Shown here one piece after another: positions 1 to 8,130 of a DNA stretch of 38,908 bases; within the stretch, counting starts at the first letter, position 1, and every line of letters starts with the position of its first letter. The translations under genes were made by a program, and so were the position numbers. The notes under the pieces were generated by a model that did no database searches, was not told the DNA's origin, and was given only the letters and a program-made list of their open reading frames with translations. This DNA comes from Cyanophyceae cyanobacterium (lineage in GTDB: Bacteria > Cyanobacteriota > Cyanobacteriia > Cyanobacteriales > Laspinemataceae). The stretch is taken from positions 1 to 38,908 of the forward strand of contig JBBQFN010000046.1 of the NCBI GenBank assembly GCA_038321985.1. The letters run 5' to 3'.

Positions 1-10
1 GGAAAGGGAT

Positions 11-415
11 ATGAGAACCGTTCTAATTGTGGAGGACGATCTGGTCAACGCTAGGGTTTTCTCTAAAATCCTCACCAAGCGGGGTGGCCTCAATGTCAAG
101 CATACCGAAAATGTGGAAGAGGTGATGCAAATTGCCCAAGCGGGTGAGGCGGATGTGATTTTAATGGATGTTTCCCTGTCTCGCAGCGTTTACCAAGGCA
201 AGGCAGTCGATGGCATCAAAATTACTCAAATGCTCAAAGCTGACCCCAAAACCTCCTATTTACCGATTATTTTGGTAACGGCACACGCGATGGCGGGGGA
301 CAAGGAAGCATTTTTAGAACAAAGTGGGGCCGATGGCTACATTTCTAAACCTGTGGTAGATCATCAGGAGTTCGTGGACCAGATCGCGGCCCTACTGCCC
401 AAGGATGAGGGATGA
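11..415 (+). CDS. Single-domain CheY/DivK-like response regulator
   Basis: LIVEDD, ILMD phosphoacceptor, VTAHA and ISKP motifs; GGAAAGGG RBS-like sequence upstream. Confidence 0.93.
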   Translation: MRTVLIVEDDLVNARVFSKILTKRGGLNVKHTENVEEVMQIAQAGEADVILMDVSLSRSVYQGKAVDGIKITQMLKADPKTSYLPIILVTAHAMAGDKEAFLEQSGADGYISKPVVDHQEFVDQIAALLPKDEG

Positions 416-502
416 AGGATGAAGGATGAGGGGTAGGGTATCACGGATTGGAGATGGATTTACTCAGTTATTTTCATCCTTGCGCCTTCATCCTTCCGCC
501 TT
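401..502. repeat. Short heptamer repeats (GGATGAA-like) in inverted arrangement between convergent genes
   Basis: AAGGATGAGGGATGAAGGATGAAGGATGAGG (401-431) and complementary TTCATCCTT...CCTTCATCCTT (473-495). Confidence 0.6.
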
Positions 503-521
503 TATTCGATCCAGTCCACAG

Positions 522-1394
522 CTAGTTGCTTTGGGGGGTTAGATCGAGCAATTGCGCGAGGGTAGCTTGAATTCGGGGGGTTTTCAAGAATTTTTGAGTA
601 TCTTGTAGGAGGCGACTGCCCCAGAGGTTTTCTTCAAGAAATTTGATTTCTCCATAGCGCGGATCGAGACGCAGTGCCGCTTCTCCTAGGGCGAGGCCCC
701 GTTCCATGTTGCCTTGGGCGTACATAGCCACGGCGATCGCCATCATCGGTTCCGCAGCTTCAGAGTCGATGCTGAGTGCCGTTTCCCACTGACTAATTGC
801 AGCCCTGGCATTCCCTTGTTCGTATTCAACGAGACCCATGTTGTTAATTGCGGGCCAGAATTTTTCATCTTGGGCGACTGCTTTTTGATATTGAGCGATC
901 GCCTGCCGATAATCTTGCACCATATAGTAGGCATTGCCTAAATCAAACAAAGCCCCCGGTACCTCCGGTTGCAGCGTCAATCCCGCTTGCAGTTGGGCGA
1001 TCGCATCCCGATAATTTTGCTGCTGAAAGTAAGCCGAACCGAGGGCAAACAGGACAACATGATTTTCTGGATCCAGCGATCGCGCCTGTTCCAAGGCAGC
1101 AGTCCCCTTCGGCAATTCCTTAAGTTGCAGATATAAACTTCCTAAAATACCCCATGCCTGGGGACTTTTCGGCGCAAGCTGAGTTGCTAGTTCCGCACGG
1201 GATAAAGCCTGTTCAAATTGCTGAAATCTCGCCAATTGAGCGGCTTCTTCCGCCAGAAATAACCCTTGCTGTTCCAACTGCGTCATATCAAGCTGGAGAG
1301 TACGGGGCAGTAAAGCCTGTCCCGCCACAGGTGGAGCCACCGTAAACAAACCAAGAGCGATGGACAGAGGAATCAAAAAATTGCGATTTGGCAC
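522..1394 (-). CDS. Tetratricopeptide repeat protein with N-terminal signal peptide
   Basis: Multiple TPR units (AWGILGSLY, ALFDLGNAYY, AINNMGLVEY); likely GTG start at 1394 with purine-rich RBS (ORF track extends to 1412). Confidence 0.9.
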   Translation of the reverse strand: MPNRNFLIPLSIALGLFTVAPPVAGQALLPRTLQLDMTQLEQQGLFLAEEAAQLARFQQFEQALSRAELATQLAPKSPQAWGILGSLYLQLKELPKGTAALEQARSLDPENHVVLFALGSAYFQQQNYRDAIAQLQAGLTLQPEVPGALFDLGNAYYMVQDYRQAIAQYQKAVAQDEKFWPAINNMGLVEYEQGNARAAISQWETALSIDSEAAEPMMAIAVAMYAQGNMERGLALGEAALRLDPRYGEIKFLEENLWGSRLLQDTQKFLKTPRIQATLAQLLDLTPQSN

Positions 1395-1546
1395 AGTACC
1401 ACCTTCCAACAAGACTAAGGGTTTTTATGGACCTTACAGCTTCTTTCAGTTTAACTGGCAAAAATTCCAGGAAACCGCTAGTTTTCCACAGCACCTAGGG
1501 GGTCTGGCATCATGTATCGGATATTTACCATAAAATCTAACTTTTG

Positions 1547-1810
1547 TCAAGTCATCTCCGCTGCTTCCTCTTCGATCTCGAACCATTCATCAGCCAAACC
1601 CAAGTCTCGTTCAGCCCAGCGAGTAGCCCCTTCTTGTAACTGTTGCTTGAGAGAGTCTCCCTGCTTCTGGGCAATATAAAACTTAACCGCCTCGTTAATC
1701 AAAGCGCTGCGCTTATGGAGGGAATCATCAGCAGAATTATCGGGTTTCGTGAGTTGGTCAATCAGTTGAATTGTTTCTTCCGGCAAGAGGATTTGTAAGT
1801 GCTGGGTCAT
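1547..1810 (-). CDS. CopG/ribbon-helix-helix family protein, putative antitoxin
   Basis: N-terminal beta-strand LQILLPEE, RSALINEAV helix, acidic tail ERDLGLADEWF; GAGG RBS. Confidence 0.7.
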   Translation of the reverse strand: MTQHLQILLPEETIQLIDQLTKPDNSADDSLHKRSALINEAVKFYIAQKQGDSLKQQLQEGATRWAERDLGLADEWFEIEEEAAEMT

Positions 1811-1911
1811 TTGGGCTAGACCTCAATTCGGGATAATTTCATTCTACAGGGATTGACGGAAATTGGAAAGTTTTAAATTAGTTCGGGCGATACTTGTTAA
1901 TTTTTATCTGT

Positions 1912-1936
1912 AATTACCGTAAAATTTATGGTAATT
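1912..1936. promoter_or_regulatory. Palindromic operator/promoter, copy upstream of the antitoxin pseudogene
   Basis: AATTACCGTAA-AAT-TTATGGTAATT containing a TAAAAT -10-like box. Confidence 0.5.
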
Positions 1937-1954
1937 TTTATCGAACAAAACTGG

Positions 1955-2062
1955 ATGAAAAACCGAGGCAAAATTGAAACAGCGATCGCCTAGTTGCCAG
2001 AAGCCCAAGTGCGTCAACTTTCCCAATGGCTTCCGCACGAGTTAGAAGATGCCTGGGATAAT
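1955..2062 (+). pseudogene. Truncated degenerate duplicate of the 2242-2463 antitoxin gene
   Basis: Translates MKNRGKIETAIA*LPEAQVRQLSQWLPHELEDAWD; CAG>TAG at 1991-1993; similarity stops at the palindromic element. Confidence 0.85.
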
Positions 2063-2064
2063 AA

Positions 2065-2164
2065 CAGTATTTACGCAATTTTTAAACCTAAACCCTAAAT
2101 GTAGAGGCGATTCGCGAATCGCCTCTACATTTAGGATGAATTCTCCAGATCTGCGTAAGTCCAG
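2065..2164. mobile_element. ~100-bp MITE/REP-like element with perfect 42-bp central palindrome
   Basis: CCTAAATGTAGAGGCGATTCG|CGAATCGCCTCTACATTTAGG at 2094-2135; imperfect terminal inverted ends CAGTATTTACGCA / TGCGTAAGTCCAG. Confidence 0.7.
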
Positions 2165-2198
2165 GCAGTTTGGTCGATGATTATTGCTTTTCAGCGGT

Positions 2199-2223
2199 AA
2201 TTACCATAAAATTGATGGTAATG
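2199..2223. promoter_or_regulatory. Palindromic operator overlapping the -10 box of the TA operon
   Basis: AATTACCATAA-AAT-TGATGGTAATG, TAAAAT about 30 nt upstream of ATG 2242. Confidence 0.55.
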
Positions 2224-2241
2224 TCTATCGAATAGAACTGG

Positions 2242-2463
2242 ATGAAAACCCGAATCGAAATCGAAGCAGCGATCGCCCAGTTGCCAGAAGCAGAAGTGCG
2301 TCAACTGGCCCAATGGCTTGAGCACTATCTAGATGATGCCTGGGATAAGCAGATGAAAGAGGATTTAGCCTCTGGAAAATTAGATAAACTGATAGCTAAA
2401 GCAGAAGCCGATATCGATGCCCACAGAGTGAGGGAGCTTGATGAAATCCTTCACAACCCCTGA
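2242..2463 (+). CDS. Putative type II antitoxin
   Basis: 73-aa acidic protein (IEAAIAQLP...AWDKQMKEDLASGKLDKL) overlapping the downstream toxin-like gene. Confidence 0.75.
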   Translation: MKTRIEIEAAIAQLPEAEVRQLAQWLEHYLDDAWDKQMKEDLASGKLDKLIAKAEADIDAHRVRELDEILHNP

Positions 2464-2701
2464 TTTTTGGCAGAATTATGGAGAATTATCTCCAGAGATA
2501 AAACAGCAGGCTCAAAAAGCCTATCAACTCTGGCAACAAAACCCATCACACCCCTCCCTCTTTTTTAAAAAAGTAAGTAAAAATCTGTGGTCCGCTAGGA
2601 TTACTAGGGACTACCGAGCCTTAGCGGTGAAAAAAGGTGATGATTATTATTGGTTTTGGATTGGGACTCACGAGGAGTATGATAAAATTCTGAACTCATA
2701 A
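2441..2701 (+). CDS. RelE/ParE-superfamily toxin
   Basis: TPDFWQNY..L, HPSLFFKK, WSARITRDYRAL, WFWIGTHEEYD motifs; AGGGAG RBS before ATG 2441. Confidence 0.8.
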   Translation: MKSFTTPDFWQNYGELSPEIKQQAQKAYQLWQQNPSHPSLFFKKVSKNLWSARITRDYRALAVKKGDDYYWFWIGTHEEYDKILNS

Positions 2702-2816
2702 CACAAAGTAAATGGCGCTTTCTTCAGCCAAAAATAGGCGATCGCCTTCTATTGAGAAATTCAGAAATCGAGACACAACCGATTGAGATGGAGGAAATCG
2801 CAACCCACACCGTCCG

Positions 2817-3074
2817 TTATCTCCGCCCAGGAGAACCCCGAAGTAAACCCTCGGTGCTAATATCTTCATCAAGAGCTTGCCAATGAATCCCATAACCTCC
2901 GCCACAAATCTGCCATTGAGAGAGTTGCTCCGGTGTGGCCTGTAATAACCGAGGATACCAAGCTAAGGGGACAGAAATGATGCGACAGTCCATCAATTCG
3001 ACCCGGAGATAGTCTTCTGTAAACTCGACAGTTTTCACTCGTTCATCTGCTTTGGGTGTCATACCTATTTTCAA
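2817..3074 (-). CDS. DUF2442 family protein (TA-associated)
   Basis: VPLAWYPRLLQATPEQ and GYGIHW..LDEDISTEGLL motifs. Confidence 0.8.
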   Translation of the reverse strand: MKIGMTPKADERVKTVEFTEDYLRVELMDCRIISVPLAWYPRLLQATPEQLSQWQICGGGYGIHWQALDEDISTEGLLRGSPGRR

Positions 3075-3170
3075 CCTCTGAGTTGGGATTAATCCTATTT
3101 TCCCCTAACAGTTGAATCGAAGCATCAGGGGGCGATCGCATTCATCCTCATCCGATGCCCCCTTCACCGC

Positions 3171-3395
3171 CTATTTTTTCCGCAGGAACCACAACACCAG
3201 CAGATGCACGAACAGCAGCAACACCCATTGCAACTGAAATGCTGGAGGTAAACCCGGAGGTGCAGCAGGCATCACATCCGGTTGACTCGGTTGCATTCGG
3301 TACCACTGCACCTGGGGGTCTTGTTCCAGGACCGTATCAAAATCGCTGACTGCTTCGCTTAACCGTTGGGCCTTGGTTTTTTCAGAATTGTTCAT
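3171..3395 (-). CDS. Small hypothetical protein with C-terminal membrane helix
   Basis: ATG 3395; Pro-rich linker, then LQWVLLLFVHLLVLWFLRKK; divergent from the NACHT gene. Confidence 0.6.
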   Translation of the reverse strand: MNNSEKTKAQRLSEAVSDFDTVLEQDPQVQWYRMQPSQPDVMPAAPPGLPPAFQLQWVLLLFVHLLVLWFLRKK

Positions 3396-3577
3396 GAGTC
3401 TCAAACCATTATCAGAAGTACATTTGAGACCAATCTAGCTGGGGCGATCGCGATGTCGCTAGACCAGTTCGGGGCAGATAATTAACTTCCCTTTACTGTC
3501 CCTGATAAGATGGAGGGAAACAGCACTGCCTTGTCCTACCGGCCTTGTCCTCACCCACCTCTCGGTGAATAAATGAG

Positions 3578-6500
3578 ATGACTTCAACCCGCAAACCTCG
3601 TGGCGTTTCCGTAACAGAAACAGGCAAAGAAAAGCTCAAACAAGCGAAAGCTGCCAAACGAGATGAAAACGGTGACCCTTTGACCTATGAGCTGATTTCC
3701 GAAAAAGCGAAAATAGATCCCAAAACGGTTAAACGATTTTTCTACAGCAAAAGAGTTGATCGCCATTCTGCCATTGCCATTTGCACCGCCTTGGGTTTAG
3801 AGGTAAAGGAGGTTGTGGACCTCAACGAATGGAACCCCCCAACTCCGGATGAACCCACAACCAACGATATCGACTGGCGCGAAATCTGCGAAACGATGCT
3901 CAACCGCAGACTTAGCAGCAACCTCCTCACCGCCAACGAGGATATCAACTTTAACCTCGATGACATTCACGTTCCCCTGGCGCTAGTGGAACGACGCCAG
4001 CGCGACAAACGCCCGGGGGAGACTCCTGCCGAAGAGGGTTCGCAACTCTACGAACCCACCGGATATGAAGAAAAGCAGCGCTTTGAACACCAGCAGTTTT
4101 TGGATAATATCCTCGGCAAAGGGGAAGGCAAAACCAAAGGGCGGCAGATAGCCATCATCGGCGAACCGGGTGCAGGAAAAACCACCCAATTGCAAAAAAT
4201 CGCCGATTGGATTTTAGAGGAACGCCCGGATTTGCCGATTTGGATTTCCTTGGCAGACTTGCAGGGACGGGAACTGGGGGACTATTTGCTGGAAACTTGG
4301 CTAAAACAAGTGATTCCCTCACCGCGCCTCAGTGAACAGGTGCGAGAAGACTTTCTGGCGCAACTGGAACAAGGGCGGGTGTGGTTGCTGCTGGATGGGG
4401 TGGATGAGATGGCGACGGAAAGGGCCACCGCAGGATTGCCACTCCAGCAAATCGCCACCCAACTGAAAGGCTGGATGGCTTCAGCGCGGGTGGTTCTGAC
4501 TTGTCGGGTTAATGTCTGGGAAGCGAATCTAAATGCTTTGGAAGCGTTCGAGACTTATCGAATGCTGAATTTTAACTATCCCACCCAGGTGGAAGCGTTT
4601 ATCGGCAAGTGGTTTGAACACAGTGATGCCGCTAACGGGGAAGCCCTGCGCCAGGAATTAGCCAAAGCGGAATATCAGCGCCTACAGGATTTGGTGAAAA
4701 ATCCCCTGCGGTTGACCCTGCTGTGCAGCAGTTGGCAAACTTCCGAAGAGTTGCCGGAAACTCAGGCAGCACTCTACAAACGATTTGTGGGGAAAATTTA
4801 TCAGTGGAAACAGAACCGTTTCCCCACCACCGAACAGCAGCGTCAGCAACTTAACCACGCATTAGGAGAATTGGCGCGGCGAGGAATAGATGATGCCGCC
4901 TCTCCGTTTCGCCTGCGGCATCAGTTAGTTGCCGAGGTACTGGGGGATTGTGATGATGATAACTCTCTGTTTGCCTTAGCACTGCAACTGGGTTGGTTAA
5001 ATCAGGTGGGAGTCGCAGCAGAAGACCCCGATGAGAAGGTTTACGCTTTCTATCACGCCACGTTTCAGGAATATTTCGCGGCGTTAAGCCTTGAGGATTG
5101 GGATTTTTTCTTGCCTAGAGAACATTGCGATCGCCCGGTTCCGGGAAAGCGCTATCGCATCTTTGACCCCCTGTGGAAACAGACAATTTTGCTGTGGTTG
5201 GGGCGCAAAGATATAGAGAAGAAAAGGAAAGAGGAGTTTATTGAGAAGTTAGTCAAGTTTGAGGATGGATGCGGAGAATGGGAAAACCAAGAGAAGTGCG
5301 ATCGGGGGTTTTATGAATATCGCGCCTATTTTCTTGCGGCTGCGGGAATACCCGAGTTTAAGGAATGCGATCGGGCTGATGATATTGTTCCTCAAATTGT
5401 GGAGTTGGGGTTTGGTTACTTTAATGAAGAAAAGCAAGAGTGGTGGACTTTTTTCGCTCCGATAGAATCAAACGCGAGAACTGTTCTGGCAGAAACAGAA
5501 CGAACCAAGGCGATGGAGGTGATAGTCAATTTAATCACTAACTCGCAAGATGAATATACACGCATGGAAGCGGCCTCAAGTTTGGGGAGAATTGACCCGA
5601 GGAATCAACAGGCGATCGCCGCGTTAGCCAAATTAATTGCCAACTCTGAAGATGAATATATCCGTAGGGAAGCCGCAATAAGTTTGTATCAAATTGACCC
5701 GGACAATCCACAGGCGATCGCAGCGTTAGCCAAATTAATCGCCGATCCTGAATGTGTAGGTAGCAGCAACATAACGACAGAAATGTTGAGGGAAATTGGC
5801 CCGAAAAATCCCCAGCTAATCGCGACGTTAATCAATTTAGTCGCTAGCTCTGAATCTGAATATACCCCCATGAAAGCGGCACGAAGCTTGGGGAACATTG
5901 GACATGGCAATCCACAGGCGAGCGCGGCGTTAATCAATTTAGTCGCCACCTCTGAATCTGAATCTATCCGCATGGAAGCGGCACAAAGCTTGGGGAAAAT
6001 TGGCGCAGGCAATCCCCGGGCAATCGCGGCGTTAGTCAATTTAATCGCCAACTCTGAATCTGAATATACCCGCAGGCAAGCGGCGTCAAGTTTAGGGGAA
6101 ATTGGCGCGGGTAATCCACAGGCGATCGCAGCGTTAGTCAATTCAATTGCCACCTCTGAATCTGAATCTATCCGCATAGAAGCGGCGTCAAGTTTAGGGG
6201 AAATTGGCACGGGCAATCAACAGGCGATCGCGGCGTTAGTCAATTTAATCGCCAAATCTGAATCTGAATATACCCGCAGGCAAGCAGCAGAGAGCTTGGG
6301 AAAAATTGACCCGGGCAATCAACAGGCGATAACAGGATTAGTTGAGCGGATGACAACTACTACAAATGAGGATACGCGCAGAGAAGCAGCAGAGAACTTG
6401 GGAAAAATTGACCCGGGCAATCAACAGGGTATTAATACCTTAGTAAACCTAGTGGAAACTGCTACTAAAGAGTATAACCGTAGGGAAGCAGCATATAGCT

Positions 6501-7357
6501 TGGGGAAAATTGACTCTGGCAATCAACAGGCTATTACTAGCTTAGTAAACTTGGTAAAAACTACCAGTGATGAGGATACCCGTAGGCAAGCAGTAACGAG
6601 CTTAGGGAAAATTGGTACAGGAAATCACCAGGCTGTTACTACTTTAATCCAGCTAATAAAAATTGCTACGGATGAATATACTCGGAGTGAAGGGGCAGAA
6701 AGTTTACAGAAAATTGTTACTACAAATCAGAATTATTACCAAGTTATCTATTGCTTAAAATACTGCCTCACCGCTCCAGTCATCACGAATAATCCTTACT
6801 TATTTGAGATATGCTACTCTCTCATTTGGGATTCCGACCAAAAGCTATCTTATCCTGAATTCTATCGCGCTTGGCATGGTGGGGAGGAGGAAAGAGAACC
6901 GGAAAATTTAGCGGAATTACCCCAGCGCCTCCATGCCAAACTGGAAGAAATGGGATTGTCTTCATCCCGCCAGTTAATCTGTGTCGATGGCAGCAAGTTT
7001 ATCGATCGCGACAATCCTGCCGCCAACATCTACAACGAAATGCGCCGCGCTAACTGTCCCAAATGTGCAGATGGCACACCGAAAACAATGGTGGACCTGC
7101 AATCCTATTGGGATGAATTGACGTTAGAATCGGAACAGGCTACTGTTTTAGTATTTTACAACTCTCTGACTGCACCGGAACTTTCAGGATTTAGTGAGAG
7201 ATTTCTCCAGGATTTAAGTCGGTTTGATGGGGCGATTTGCGTGGTGGCTGAGGCGCGAGTCAGTGGGTTGCAAACGTTCTCGCCAAGTCAAGGGAATTGG
7301 GTTGCCAAATTGGTCAATTGGATGAGAAGGGTGAAAATAGAGACAAATGAGAGCTAG
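3578..7357 (+). CDS. HTH-NACHT NTPase with HEAT repeats (bacterial NLR-like STAND protein)
   Basis: N-terminal HTH (LTYELISEKAKIDPKTVKRFF), Walker A GEPGAGKT, Walker B LLLDGVDE, NPLRL, FYHATFQEYFAA, ~12 34-aa HEAT repeats, C-terminal alpha/beta domain. Confidence 0.92.
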   Translation: MTSTRKPRGVSVTETGKEKLKQAKAAKRDENGDPLTYELISEKAKIDPKTVKRFFYSKRVDRHSAIAICTALGLEVKEVVDLNEWNPPTPDEPTTNDIDWREICETMLNRRLSSNLLTANEDINFNLDDIHVPLALVERRQRDKRPGETPAEEGSQLYEPTGYEEKQRFEHQQFLDNILGKGEGKTKGRQIAIIGEPGAGKTTQLQKIADWILEERPDLPIWISLADLQGRELGDYLLETWLKQVIPSPRLSEQVREDFLAQLEQGRVWLLLDGVDEMATERATAGLPLQQIATQLKGWMASARVVLTCRVNVWEANLNALEAFETYRMLNFNYPTQVEAFIGKWFEHSDAANGEALRQELAKAEYQRLQDLVKNPLRLTLLCSSWQTSEELPETQAALYKRFVGKIYQWKQNRFPTTEQQRQQLNHALGELARRGIDDAASPFRLRHQLVAEVLGDCDDDNSLFALALQLGWLNQVGVAAEDPDEKVYAFYHATFQEYFAALSLEDWDFFLPREHCDRPVPGKRYRIFDPLWKQTILLWLGRKDIEKKRKEEFIEKLVKFEDGCGEWENQEKCDRGFYEYRAYFLAAAGIPEFKECDRADDIVPQIVELGFGYFNEEKQEWWTFFAPIESNARTVLAETERTKAMEVIVNLITNSQDEYTRMEAASSLGRIDPRNQQAIAALAKLIANSEDEYIRREAAISLYQIDPDNPQAIAALAKLIADPECVGSSNITTEMLREIGPKNPQLIATLINLVASSESEYTPMKAARSLGNIGHGNPQASAALINLVATSESESIRMEAAQSLGKIGAGNPRAIAALVNLIANSESEYTRRQAASSLGEIGAGNPQAIAALVNSIATSESESIRIEAASSLGEIGTGNQQAIAALVNLIAKSESEYTRRQAAESLGKIDPGNQQAITGLVERMTTTTNEDTRREAAENLGKIDPGNQQGINTLVNLVETATKEYNRREAAYSLGKIDSGNQQAITSLVNLVKTTSDEDTRRQAVTSLGKIGTGNHQAVTTLIQLIKIATDEYTRSEGAESLQKIVTTNQNYYQVIYCLKYCLTAPVITNNPYLFEICYSLIWDSDQKLSYPEFYRAWHGGEEEREPENLAELPQRLHAKLEEMGLSSSRQLICVDGSKFIDRDNPAANIYNEMRRANCPKCADGTPKTMVDLQSYWDELTLESEQATVLVFYNSLTAPELSGFSERFLQDLSRFDGAICVVAEARVSGLQTFSPSQGNWVAKLVNWMRRVKIETNES
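5540..6715 (+). repeat. 102-bp (34-aa) HEAT repeat array within the NACHT gene
   Basis: Recurring TCTGAATCTGAAT.../AATCAACAGGCGAT units at 102-bp period. Confidence 0.85.
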
Positions 7358-7490
7358 TCGATTTATAGCCACTTTTAAAAGGAAAATTCGCTACTATGAT
7401 CTATGTTGCTAAACTGAAAGAGAATATCTAAATTTTACCGGCGAAAGAGTTATTTAGCTAAAGCACACCCCTCAAATTCCCTTCTTTAAA

Positions 7491-7919
7491 TCACACGGCA
7501 AAATCTTGCCTAGGACGCAATTCAAATGTCTGTTTATAACCATAAAAACAAACATCAAATTCAGAAAAAAAGTTAACTCGGCCCAGAAGTAAGGGTATAT
7601 TTGTCGATTTTGTCCAGGCAAAAACTAGGTTGACGGGCGCAAATTGAGCAACAGTCCCCGTTACCAGTAGCCCAGTTGCTGGAAATTGTGCCAGATTACC
7701 CGTTAAAGTGACAGAAGTCGTTTGTTCTTCCCACTTTGCGCCCAATTCTAACCCAATACTGTAAGGCAACACATTAACAGTTGCTCCGCTATCCAGTAAT
7801 CCCACTACTTCCACAGAACGATTTCGATAGGTCAGAGTCAGCGGTAAATAAGGTGATCTGGCAATAGAGCCTAGCTCATTTGTTCTTTGAATAAAAGGGA
7901 ACTTTTGACTATTAAGCAT
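7491..7919 (-). CDS. Retropepsin-like (clan AA) aspartic protease
   Basis: Catalytic LLDSGA motif and C-terminal LLLGR motif; single domain, 142 aa. Confidence 0.85.
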   Translation of the reverse strand: MLNSQKFPFIQRTNELGSIARSPYLPLTLTYRNRSVEVVGLLDSGATVNVLPYSIGLELGAKWEEQTTSVTLTGNLAQFPATGLLVTGTVAQFAPVNLVFAWTKSTNIPLLLGRVNFFSEFDVCFYGYKQTFELRPRQDFAV

Positions 7920-8130
7920 TTTTACCTTGATTATGTTCTTCTAATAGCTGGGTCAGGGTGTTGGCAGCTTCATCAGCATCGTAGGGTGACCAAACTGGAT
8001 AAGTTTGGCCCGGTTCCAGAAGACTTACTCCCTCAGATTTTGCAATTTCGGAAAGTAAAAACTGCATAATTTGGAGTTGCTCGGCGCGGGATAATTCCCT
8101 AAGTTGGGGTAGAAGTTCGGTTAGATTCAT
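7912..8130 (-). CDS. Small antitoxin-like protein coupled to the protease gene
   Basis: 72 aa (LSRAEQLQIMQFL...YPVWSPYD), overlaps the protease start by 8 nt. Confidence 0.7.
   Translation of the reverse strand: MNLTELLPQLRELSRAEQLQIMQFLLSEIAKSEGVSLLEPGQTYPVWSPYDADEAANTLTQLLEEHNQGKNA

Noticed and set aside
2696..2905. 69-aa ORF overlapping DUF2442
   Set aside because: Out-of-frame overlap with a recognisable gene and no motif
5689..6216. 175-aa antisense ORF
   Set aside because: Antisense shadow of the HEAT repeats
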